From positions 84,883 to 148,882 of the forward strand of contig NMRA01000497.1 of NCBI GenBank assembly GCA_002633005.1: 64,000 nucleotides of DNA, written 5' to 3'. Under the pieces are notes generated by a model, which was not told where the DNA came from, ran no database searches, and was given only the letters and a program-made list of their open reading frames with translations. Origin of the DNA: Phoronis australis (Eukaryota; Animalia; Phoronida). Both the position numbers and the translations under genes were made by a program. Below are positions 1 to 12,900 of the stretch, piece by piece (positions within the stretch are counted from its first letter, which is position 1; each line of letters starts with the position of its first letter).

Positions 1-163
1 TATAATTGTAAAAATGACCACTATGTGGTGCAGAATATGTTGAACTCTTTCGAAGATGGAAAGACCTCATAATCTCCTTAAAAGAAACACATTTAACAAA
101 TTTCATGAAACTGTCAAGGAACTCTGAAGATACAGAGATAAATGCAAAAATCGCCACTAGGAG

Positions 164-265
164 ACAGTCCTCATACCTACACAGTCCTCATACCTACACA
201 GTCCTCATACCTACACAGTCCTCATACCTACACAGTCCTCATACCTACACAGTCCTCATACCTAC
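164..265. repeat. 17-bp minisatellite x6
   Basis: (ACAGTCCTCATACCTAC)6, perfect copies. Confidence 0.95.
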
Positions 266-984
266 AGGAAAGTTACCGTCATCTGTTGTCACATTAAGAG
301 AAAAACACAATTGCAAAATTTAACAAAATTCCGCCAGCTGATGCAAAAAACACAAATAATTGCCACTAGAGTGCGTCATTAGTAAATAACCCAACCAAAA
401 ATCAATGTCTGACGTGGTCTTCTTGGCAGAAACACATCTGCCAATTTTCATAATTAATCCTTGCACTGGCTATTCATGTGGTGCAGAATCTGTCGAGTCT
501 AATTGAAAAGGAGAGCGCGTCATTGTCTTTTTAATAGAAAACAGTTTGTCAAATTTCATAAAAATCCATCAAGGAAGTCCAAAAATGAAATTGGCAAATG
601 TAAAAAGACTAAAATTACCATCACCTGTCATCAGTTTCCTGGAGGAAACACATCAGTCATAACTCATTAGGTTCCTGCAAGGGGTTTCAGAGATACAGCA
701 GTGGATGCCAGACGCTTAGGCAGAGATGATAACATGTACTCATGTATGCATAATGTATACGTGGGTGCATAATTAATCTGAATTTTTTGCAAGTCATACA
801 TCAAAATGAATAATGATCTTTGATCTGGGTACTAAAAAAATCCTGCATTCTCCAACAATCATCATAGAACACAGTTGTTCGACGACCCCGAATAATGTGT
901 GTGTGAGATTACTGTTATTTATGAAAAGAAACCTTACAAAATAACGGTCTCATGCATTCATTACACAAGACCATCCCACTATAC

Positions 985-3900
985 CTGATGCAGGGCAGGT
1001 GGATGGCCACATCTTTCAATGACGAATCTGTTACATGAATGCAGTTTGCTAAAATCAGGGACTCGAGTTTTCTACAGTGGCGGGCTATTTTCCTCACACA
1101 GTTATCTTTCACCTAAAATAAAATAAAATAAAATATAATAAAAAACAAAATTAAGCAATTAATAACTGCCATACTAGCAAATTGCTCAAGATGCTTTCCA
1201 TCACTGGCTGACGTCTCAAAGGTGTAATTAAACAGCTGCTATTTTCATTCGGGAAAATGATCATTTTTGCATAAACACCCATGTCTGACTTGGAAAGGAC
1301 TTTGTTTTCGAAACCTTACATGAATCTTATGCTGCAGGCCTACACCCATTTACGTTTTTAGTTACTTAGATTAAATGCCCTAGTCACTGACCTCAAAAGA
1401 ATGCAACGTCTTATTTGGCACAGTATTAAACAGTTGATATTCTGTTTTGACAGAATTAAGATTTATATTATCCATTAATAAAACAGACAGACACGCTTGA
1501 CTATGTCCAAATGATAATAAACCAATCTCAAAGAGAAAGAGGTACTTCCACAAAGAGTAGAAATTTTGCTGAAAACTTGGGAACAATAGTTCAGGAAAAG
1601 AACCTACAATCACATTTAAAAGACAGTGTCAAGTGCTTTGTTAGTAAGTATCAACATACTGGCATTTAATTAAAATTGCTATCAAACTATTTTGTATTCA
1701 TTCTTTTCTTAGTATCAAGAAAAAATATTAAAATTCCATACACAAACTACCTTGTGGCCCCTTGCATTAAAGTTGTGTTTGCGTGCCCCTATGCTAATGC
1801 ATTAGCAGGAACTAAAAGACAATGCTATTTGAACATCATCTACGCTAACAAAATGCAATTGTATTCAATGACAACTAATTGAAAACAAAAAAATCTGCAA
1901 ATAGGTGACCTTTGCACTATTGACGTACCTTGGGCACTCACAGAATCCGCATCATGCACCACGTCACGATACTTACTGAACACGATCGAGTGAATTATTG
2001 CGGATAATTTTTGACACCAAACTTCCAAGAAAAAACATTTGGCAATTTTCAACCTGCTTACATCACTATATGTTGTGTTTCTAATTTGACCAAGCAATCA
2101 CAGAGATGATAAGGAATTAGCGAGCAAGTTCCACTTAAAACCTGTATTGCCATTGTCTAGGAAAATACATAGTGAAAATGTTGTACCTAGATGCAGGGAC
2201 AATAAACAAGGTTTTCACTTTGATTCAAACTGAACAAAATAACATGGGAGTGTCAGGACAATGTCTTACCTGCTTACACCCTCGTAGATCCAAGTATTCC
2301 AAGAATGACAAGTTTTTGGAAAATTCAAAAATGCTAGCGTCCGTGAGCTGAAACACGCAACGTACAGGTGCTGTGAGACACTATGAAGTAAAACAACAAT
2401 TTGAGAAAATATGGACAATCACTAGTCCAGACAGAAAGGCAGTGTGGCCTGGTGGGTTGAGTGCACCCATCCTGTTCTAAAAGTGGTGGGTTCAAATCCC
2501 ACTCAATCCACTGATGGACTCTTGAGTTAGGTCTCTAGCTTCTCAACTGGGTCTTAATTTGTAAATATTACATGTTATATGTAAATATTAAATGTTATAT
2601 GTAATTATGTAAATATTACATGTTATATGTAATTGTTGTAAATATTACATGTTATAATTATTGTAAATATTACATGTTATATGTAATTATGTAAACATTA
2701 CAAGTTATATGTAATTATGTAAACAACAATGTACACATGACTGCAAACGTATGTCTGAAAAAACTAACAATGCAACATATTGTTCAATTTTCAACTGTCC
2801 AATTCTGATGTTTCTGGGAAATAACGAATGCAGATCTGCATTTTTTATATCAGTGGCAGTGCTTGACAAACAACCAGCAAGTTCCTTGGGTCAGCTAGGT
2901 CAAATACTGGCTAACAAACAAATCGAAGGCCAGTTCTGGTTGACCTAGGGGTGGGGGGTGTATAGCAGTGGCAGAGTATGCAAAAAGTGAATGATACTTG
3001 GCATATGCTTGTCATAGACTATTTGACCATACCTTGTAACACTGGCCCAGAGATAATGAGCGAAGATACGAACAGCGAGAGGACAGGGCTTGGATACCTC
3101 GTGGTGTTATATTAAAACAACCAAACAAGCCAAGATGGATCAAGCTGAAACAAAACACAGGCCAAGAATTGAAAAAAAAAACAGTAAAAAGAGAATTTCG
3201 GCATAGTATTACCTTTGGAGCAACAAGACAATATGATTCACTCTCATAATATTTATTTTCAATGGCAGCCAGGCCTGCGCATGTCTTCCAGTAAGGTAAA
3301 ATGGTAAAACCTCACAAATTTAAGAAACAAATGTGTGATTGACAAGTGATAAAAGTATTTCCACACTGTAGCACCAACCACCGGACACCATTTTGAAATT
3401 GTCTGGGCATTGGCAACAAAAGTCTTTGAAAAATGACAATTATATTTGTCTGGAATTGGTGAGATTTTTCAGTGCGTGATATGTTGAAACAATACCTAGA
3501 CATGATTTAAACCAGACATGGTATAGAATAATAATAATAATAATATTGCAGAGTGAAGCTAAGCTGCTGCCAGTGTTTAAGACGTCAAAAATAATTTCAC
3601 AACCATTGCATCTTCAGCAGCAGGTAGCTGGAGAAGGCGTGCCTGCTATCCTATCCACCAGACGTAACATATATTCACGTCTGCTGTAGTGTATCCAGAA
3701 AATGACACTGTCAAGCTAATGTCCACCTGCCAGTCGCAGAGTACACACCTCCGTCCATGAGCATCAGCAATGACAGCTATGGTACTGTCTGTGACTCCTT
3801 GGCAACCATTCAGAGTTAATGACTCCAGTCTGAAAATATTACCAAGATATTGTCTCATAAAGACCTTTCATTTGAGATGTGCATGCATTCCTGAATAGTT

Positions 3901-6900
3901 ACAGCCACAAAGCACTCGTCTCAGCCATTTTTCACTAAAAATAAAACATTTAATTGCTTTCCACCTCTTTCTGGCCAAGATTAGATAATTGTGATTTCTG
4001 GTCTCGCCAAGTACAGGTAATACATAACAACAACTACCTAGGACTTATCACGCCCATACGGTAACAAGCGAATGCAGGGGTTGCGGAACAGGTCACTGAA
4101 TATGCTCTTTGGCGACCAAACTGTGGGAAAAGAACTCCGTACTAGGCTCTAGAGGTCAGATATGAGTAAATTAATGCACGCTGGTGTTGGCTTAATGCTC
4201 AGGACTGTATTCAAATACTTTAGCTTGGTGATGTGTGAAACATAACACAGTGCCAAAAGCAATATGACATTCATAGGTCAGTGAATTGGCGAGTACCTTC
4301 CTCTGTAAACTACTGCTATATGATCCCTGGTGTTTTGTGACTTAAAGTTTCCTTATGACACCGTTCAGTCACATCAAATTTGGTGGAATGGTACCCAGCC
4401 AACTCACCTGTTGGTAGATTCACAGACAGCGGCGACACCTGCATCACTGATGGCTGACCAACTGACGTCCAGATCAGTAATGTTCTTACAATGCATCGAG
4501 GCGTGTAGGAGTATAGAATCACCGGTCAGCTGACCCTGACAGCACCCACTCACATTAAGGGACTGTAAATTAAAGAATGTGATCATGTGAGGCTGGTTAA
4601 AGTGTGGTAATCACTTAATGTGGTCTTGGATTTTGAGAACCAGTTTGATGCCCATTATTCAGTGCAAAGAACTGGTTCTCAAAATCTGGGACAACTGAAA
4701 GTGACTATTAACTATTAATTAAATCACACAAGATCTCACGTGTCTGCTATTGAGCACTAAATATTGCAGGCTTGGAGGAAATGCAAGCTCCCAAGTTTGT
4801 AACAATATGACGAATCACCTACTTGTAGAAAGTGTGTGGATGAACGCAGGATATTCCAACAAAACATGGAAAGTTAGATGCTATGCTCATCAGGTTAACA
4901 TTCTTTAACTTTAAAGACAACACTAGTCTGTGGTACATTAAACTCAGACAAGTTAACACTCCAAATGGCCGAGTAGACTCTGTGCATTTTTTATGCAGCT
5001 ACTGTGACTGAAGCCAATTTCACTTATTCCAGTTTGAACCTTGAATTGTGCTAACTTGACCTTGTCACTGGGTGTGGCTTTAAACACAACAACAACCATG
5101 GAACACCGCATTGTCACTTTGAACAAAACTCATGAACTTTGAACTCTGAACAATTAAATGCCATTACCTTACTTGCCAAACGCAGGAAAAAATCTATTGA
5201 AACAGAATCGCATTGAAAGATTTTGAGCTCAACTAACGTATTTACATGGGTGACAACAGCCATTTAAAGCCTAAAATAAGTCAAGAGAACACATCAGATT
5301 GTGTGCTATTTAACCATTGCCTGACCACATTCCATCCATTACATGATGTGTACCTATCATATCAAGTCTAATATTTAGTGAGCAACCATTGCTTGCTAAA
5401 CAAATCCTAAATGCTGTGTATTTGGTGGAGACTAAATTGTTTTATTGTTCTGTGATGTTATGATTATCTATACTACTACAGCAGTCTGACATCCATCTTT
5501 CCACTGTTAACGATGTTTTATTGTTGTGTAGTGACGTGCAAGCACAGTACCACTTGAAATCCTTCTTTACTTGATTTGTCCAACTCAATTCAAAAGTGCA
5601 TTAGCAGCCTAAGTTTATGTAAAGTACATCAATCGTACAATGCGACAACAAAACAAGAAGTGAATTTGGCATGTAAGTATGGTTACTTGAGTAAATATTG
5701 GTTGCACAGGGCCAAGGCCATTTTCCTCAAGTTAAGAACCCAAAACCTGGGGTTAAAATCTCATATGCAAGGTGGTTATATATTATTGAGACTATTTTGA
5801 GATACTGTGTTTGCAGTTCAGCATAGAGTTCTAAACTACCATAACAATGAATTTAAGGAAAAATTTGTGAGAATACAATACCGTCAGTCGGTCAGAACAT
5901 TGCACAAACAGCTCTCGTAATCCTTTATTGGTCACACATTCTCCATTGTATTGCTCTCCCCGACATTTTATCAAACTTAGTTTCACAGGTCGACGTTGGC
6001 CAATCTCAGCAAGCCATTCATCACATAAACCCTTCTTGACTAGAGTAATTTTGCACCCTGTAAGTCAATAAGTAGGAGAAGTCTGACATAAGTTACACAC
6101 TTGTACAATATATAAATAAATATTGTACCAAAGCATAAAAAATTAATACAAAACCATGGTATTTTTCATATGTGACACGGAAACCTGTGTTAAAACAATA
6201 AAAACGCCTCAACTTTAATCAAGACTTAGTGAAATCCATCACCTGAAAGTTTACTTAAGATGCCACGCCAACCTTTAAGTGAAGATGACTAAAGTTTGAT
6301 GGTCACAGACTTACAACTTTAGTTACAAACTCCAGACATTTATAAAAAAATAGATGCAGAGCCATGTTTTGAAGAGCATAAGCAGTGTAAACACATGCTG
6401 AAAAAAAGTGGCTTACAGTTACTGGTATCCAGAGCCACGCGGTGAAACTGGTTGCAGACACGGGCGCACTGCACGACGTCGTGTAGGGACAGAAAGTGAA
6501 ATATGTGCAACAGGAGTTCATCAGGTAAACACTGCCATATTGACACTTCACCAGCCAACACACGGGGACTCTGCAATGGAAAATGGTTAATTGCAAATGA
6601 ATAACTTCTTCCGTTCTATTCTTTACACTTCATACTCAAAGTCGAGTAATCTGAAGTGGTTCTCTTTCATTCGCTTGCATACATTTATTCACTCACTAGT
6701 AGGAGTGAGCTCAGAGGCATAAGAGACACTTTTCTCCAATTCTTGATTGTCTGCCAGTAAAGCCAGGATTCGAACAAATATCTCCCATACGAGACCCCAG
6801 AGCACAAACCACTGAGCCACGCTGTCTCCGTACTATAGTGAAACCTCTTATATTTTGCAATGCTACCTTCAGTATGGACACTCAAAACTAGTGAAGGTGA

Positions 6901-9900
6901 AAAATTCACCATTTTTAAGTTAAGCAAACAACATTGTTTATCACATAAAGAAAAAACTTAAAGGAAATTTTGCTGCTGTTTGCCATCGATGTTGAATTCT
7001 TAATCTTGAATTCTATCATCATGGTACATTATGAAAATCCAGTTTTATGCGAGTTAAAAGCTCAATTTCAATTTCTATTTTAGGAAGATTAAATGCAGCT
7101 TTATGTAACAATTTGTTAAACCAATAATTCATATTCTAACACTGAATAATTCTCACTTGCTACAAATTTAGTATATGACCTTGATTTCTAAGAAAACAAA
7201 TATCCAAATTAATGCCTGAATGTCACATAAGTTTTACTGTCAGTACCACACAGCGGTGTAGTTGTTTGTATTGAAAACACTAAAGATGCATCACAGATGA
7301 TGCCAGAAAATCACTTAGTTTACAATAAACTATCAACATGTTAGGACACAATATGGTGGTAATTTTGTTTTAAATTTGTTTTTCAAAATATTACATGAAA
7401 ATTAAATTTTAAATCAATGCTGAATTTTCAAGCTCTGTAATATGCCTACAATCAAACCATATTTTGAAAAAATGTGAACATTCGTAACAACGAAAGTAAA
7501 AAGGACAGTTTTGGCAATTATTTTGACTGAAATTGATGAGACATAATCATACATGGATTCTGTAAATGCAGTCTTCGGGCACCTCCTCAAAAAGAAAATC
7601 AATTGTAATAAGCCAGAAATAGCGTGTCCACATTTCCGTTGAGAATCATTTTTTCAACTGAATAATGGGCATTAAACAGGTTCTTAAAATGTGACTATTG
7701 CCAATCAAATGTAATAAAGTCAAATGGAATAAAATGCTAACAAATAAGATGTAATAAATCACAGAAACTGAAGAAGTAGCCATCAGAGTGTAATCGAAAA
7801 TGTTAAGAAGTACAGTGATTGCCCACTTATTTAGCACGCAATACGTCTGACAAGCGGAATTCTAATTTGTCAAATTTCTTCACAAAAAAAATAAAGATTA
7901 AGAAAATTTTGATCTATTACTGGTACTAACATGATTTGTACCCTGAAGGTGTCACAAAACAAGTTTTCGGTAAAGTTTCCATTATTTTCCTGAGAAAAAC
8001 CAAAAAATGATAATTTCGGCAATACTTTTTGTGCAAAATAAGAGGAAATTTACCGCATTATATACACAAAAACAGTTAGACAGCCATAGGAAATGATGGA
8101 AGCACAAAATTCTAACCTGTTGATGTAAAAGTTTAATGTAAATATATAATGCCTACCATTTCATTGTACTTTCTATAAGTGTCGAGAGCTCTACTGGTCA
8201 ATGCACGGGACGTGAACTTTGAAGGTCCTCCACGTAGTTGATCAGGCTGGTCACCAGGGGGATCTGTCAACGATGGCACTTTACTTTGACTTGACCTATA
8301 ATAACCAAACTTTACAGTTATTCCTTTTTCAATACTTTTCTTTTCCTATAAGCTCATACTAAGCATGCATGGATTACAAATACCAAAAAGTGGGGGTGTA
8401 AAGCCAATCAAAACATGTTAGAAAAAACAGAAATATTATCATGAGATAAAATAAATCCAAAAAATGTAAAATCTTAGTTGGGTCCAAGAACTTTGTAGTT
8501 CACAGCAACAACGCCAAATCCTGAACAATACCTTGTCAATTTCAATTAATAACCAAAAGTCATACCATGAATGAATATAAAACAGCCATTTGATGCTGTC
8601 TTAACTTTGAAGCATTCTAATTTCATACAGTACAATACATTCATGCCTTTGTCATGCCACTGCCATTTTTCAAAATGTCTTAAAAGACTTGAAAGTCATG
8701 CCAACTCCAGAGGCAAATCTAAGATATCGCAAGACAGAGCCTGATCATGATTTTAAGGGGACAGTATTCGGTTAAATGCTAAAACAGCATGCTGACCGTA
8801 CTGCTTTTGGTTGGGTCCTGAAGAGGGCGCAAGACTCCCGCTGCTCCTAAATACACCATATGAACTCCACCCCCATTACAAGTGACAGATTCTAACACCT
8901 AGCGACTTCAATACTGCCCAGTGTTCATAGTAATTTTAATTATGCTTACCTTGACTTATTTTTTGGCCGTGCACCAGATCCAGAACTGTTACTTGCTGAG
9001 CTCAACTCTGTTCTGAACGCCCTCTGTGGTGACGAAGCCTGTAGCTCATCTCGTAGCCCAACGGGAGTTTCGCCACCGAACCTCCCACGGTGAGTACTCT
9101 TCTTAACTTTCTTGTTCCTCTGCCCCAACTCGATACTTGACCTCGTATTTAATTCTCTTGAATTGTAAGAAGACCATGCAATACTGGAGCGCTGCCAATG
9201 TCTTTGATAAGGCTCAGCCTCAATAGATTGTTTAACCTTACTTGAAGTGGACGCTCTTTTACCCTTGCTGCTCGGTGTTTTTAGTTTTCTCGAACTTTCA
9301 TTCTTTACAGATCTTTGCTGACTCACAGACGGTTCCTCGACATAACTTACACTTGCCGCAACATCTGCACTTGCATCAGTGAACATTTTCCGTTGTTCAC
9401 TTTGTATTGCTGAACTCGTATTGCTGAGATTTAGGTCTAGACTAGGTACAAGTGGATTTTTCTGTTGGTTATACGTTGAAGTGCCTCTAGACACACCATG
9501 AATAGTCTCCTGAACACTTTCCTCATCACTGCTTACACTATCCATGGCACGGGGCTCATACTGCCCATTAACAAACGAGGAAGAATTTACACCAACATCA
9601 TCCACCTCATGATCACTGGCACTAATATCCAGGGACAAATCCTGTTTTACAAGTCTGTCAGTTTTGTTCGTCAGATCTGATTGCAGCTTTGGCCTAACTA
9701 TACCACCCTTGCCTGAACCATCACTTGTGTCATGTTCAGGATACTTTGTGGTTGAATTATTTAGTAACAGATCACTGTTGGTTCTGCCTTGAGGTGTGAC
9801 ATTTGGAATTTCGGCTTCTAATGGGTTAGCAGAGACAATGGGACGTTGCACTTCAGAAGGGATGCGCCCCGTTCTTGGTTTATCATCAACCATATTTGTG

Positions 9901-12900
9901 ATATTGGCAATGTTATGTTCGGGAGCATTGGTTGTAAAATTAGTCAATAGTGGATCTCTCTGGCTTAAATGTGCTTCACTTCTAGGCTTGACATCAGATT
10001 TAGTGAATGCGATACGCTGGGGTGCATTTTCCAGCAGACCAGCAGACAGGACTGGATGCTGTGCTTTTGGTGGAACGCTATCATTTCTTGGTTTGACAAG
10101 TACTGGGTTGTCACCAAGCATGAAGAGTGGTTTGCTTCTTGGCTTGCTATCTGGAGGGAAGCTGCGTGTATCTGGTTGCGGTGTGCCTTCCAGCAGTTCA
10201 GCAGACGACAAAGGATTCCGTACCTTTGAAGAAGTGCTAACAATTCTGGGATGGACAGATGATAGGTCCTCAGTGTGTGCATAATTTGGTTTCCCTCTGG
10301 ACCTGCTATCAGGAGGGTAGATAATTGTATCAGGCTGTCTTGTGGCTTTCCAAGGATCAGTGGACACAAAAGAATGTTGCACTTTTGGAGCAATATTATC
10401 CTTTCTTGATTTGACAGTTTCACCGAGCTCAAAAACTCTATGGTTGGTATCAGAGGTATTGTCACGTATAATAGATTGTGTTTCATCTTCTAGAAGATCT
10501 GATGACAAGAGGGGGTGCTGTGGTTTAGGGGGGTTGTGATTCTTCTTTGATTTGACGGGGACAGGGTCCACACCGATGAGAACGCATCCACACTCCATGC
10601 ACCACGTGATACGGCTGTTGTTGACGCCATCACATTCTGGGCAGACGACGACGAGCTTGGGTTTGGTTAGCTGCTGCTGCGGCGGGTCGTTTCTCGGCAT
10701 GTGTTCTTTAGCGTCCGCCAGTGGATCATCTAAACTGGTTCTGACTTGTTCCTTGGGCAAGTTCCCAGTGACATCATCTAGATAAAAGACACCAAACATG
10801 GGTTAATCGAACAGTCTCTCAAAGACGGAAATTTTGAGTCATGGAGCTGCAAAATTTTAAATCGAAACAGAAATGAGAAGAGCATCTCCATCATCATTGT
10901 ATATGTTTAATGTTGAAACAGGAAACAACGATTCAACCAAGTTACTATGAATACTTAACAGATGAGTGTTTTGACAAGGTGTTTAGTATGGTGAGTTTCC
11001 CACGTTATTATACTAAGTATTGATAAATGAACCTAAACAACGCTGACTGCAGTAAGAGGCTCATGACTTGTGTCGAGAAAAAACACTGCATACGAAAGTC
11101 ACAATTTTTTAGAAAAATACTTAGCAAACCACTCTAAGGCAGATGTCAAAAAAGAAAATCTTCATGTCCAAGAGATTATTTAGCATGAATCGTAAGGGTG
11201 AATGAACAATGGATAGTGTTCAGACTCTTGATTATTCTAATTTACTACTGGGTCGAGAGTCACAGTAGGTTCAAGCACCATGTGTTTGCACCTTCTGTTG
11301 ACTACATTTAAGTATGGAGCAAGATACAACTGCAAGCCAAAAATGGCCTACTTCAAAGTAAAATCAAATTAAAAGTGATTTAGAACTAATTAAAAGTCAA
11401 TATAAAACCAGAGCTCCTCTCTGAACGCAGAATAAAAGTGTTAAAATGTCGTATTTCATCAAAACCTGATATAGCACGAGACGGGATGTCCCAAGGTAAT
11501 AGTCATATCATTTAAACACCACTAAAGAACTACCAGTATTTGTGGCTATGGATAAAACAATTGAATCATTTCTATTACCTGATTTGTTCAAGTCTGTCAA
11601 AAAATCCAAATCAATTCCCAACATTTTGAGGTGTCTTTTCATGATGTCTCCGCTACTGTCAGGTGACCTGCGCTCTTGGGCTACCCATTCTTCATGGCTA
11701 ACACCAGTCACATTGTTACCTAATGCAAACATAAGACACATAATTACATCCCTTATCGATCATCACAACCTGAAGTTCACGCGGAGGCAAATCTCGCGTG
11801 TTCGTTAAAAGGTTAGACTGTCATCTAGTCCACTGTGATGACGGGTATAATATCAGCGACTCTGTTTAGAGTGTACTTCTCATACATTAAAAGGACACCA
11901 AACCTGGTTTTGGCCTATTAAAAGATATTGAAAACATCTTTCCCATCCAGTTCTAAAAAACAAAATAATGCTCTGTAACCCTTGACTACTCTCAAAAGTT
12001 GGAACCAAAATTTGAAAACTCCTTACTAAGTATGATAAACGGGCTAGTGTGACCTACGCTTTAGGCGAGATTGACAACAACTGTAAGAAAAGACCACCTG
12101 CCAAGAACCTAAATATCCAGTCTATGACACAGAAAGAATGTATTTTTATCTGAATTTTGCTTGTATCATTCAAGTGGGATGCACCGATGCATTAGCAAGT
12201 GACAGAGTGAGAATTGGTTGAAATCACAAAAAACAGGGTTTAGTATCCCTTGAAATACCGCAAATCTTATTCACTCTACTGGCCAAGGGTTAGAAGTGCT
12301 GTGGAAATAAGGTAACACACTTTGCAATCTCGCCGCTGTGTAACATGCCCACGCTCATCAAACACTAGCTAAACTGCGATTGGCTGCTTTTGACTTCAGC
12401 CAACAATATGTACACGAGAAGGGAACGACTGATGACGTCACTGTCTTACACATTGTGTACGAGAGGTATGATCCGAAAGGGAGCTAAGCTGTGGTGATGA
12501 CTACGGAATACAGTGATAGAGCTAATCTGTGTGAGCTGAAAATGAAAGAATTTGGAAACAAAACCATTAAATTTAACGAAACGCATTTTCATTAACAAAT
12601 TTAAAGTGGAGGCATACTGTGTTCTGGATCACTGTCTTCCAATACAGGTTCTGGGATAGGTTCGAAATTTTCTGATGAAAAAACAGAAGCGTTGTCCCGA
12701 GAAACATCTTGAAGGGAGGAAAAATATCGGTCCAGCGATGAGTTGGAGAAGGCGGGTGACAGACCACGTGGAAACATTTCTGTAGATAGTTGACGTCTGC
12801 AATAGAGCAATGCAAAACAATGCATTATGGGGTTGCATCACGATGCACAAACTATAACAGGGGCGAAACAACTGGTCAATGCCCATAGTTTCAACTCAAT

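Noticed and set aside
2438-2510. Functional tRNA gene
   Set aside because: Only the A box and T-arm are intact; acceptor and anticodon stems do not form.
8812-8870. Penelope-type hammerhead core (CCTGAAGAGGG...)
   Set aside because: GAAA is replaced by TAAA and the stems pair poorly; at best a dead relic.
9796-10785. Antisense and alternative-frame ORFs over large exons (also 22522-22965, 25214-25733, 32105-32705, 47673-48278)
   Set aside because: Shadow ORFs of real coding exons or low-complexity repeats with no independent domain signal.
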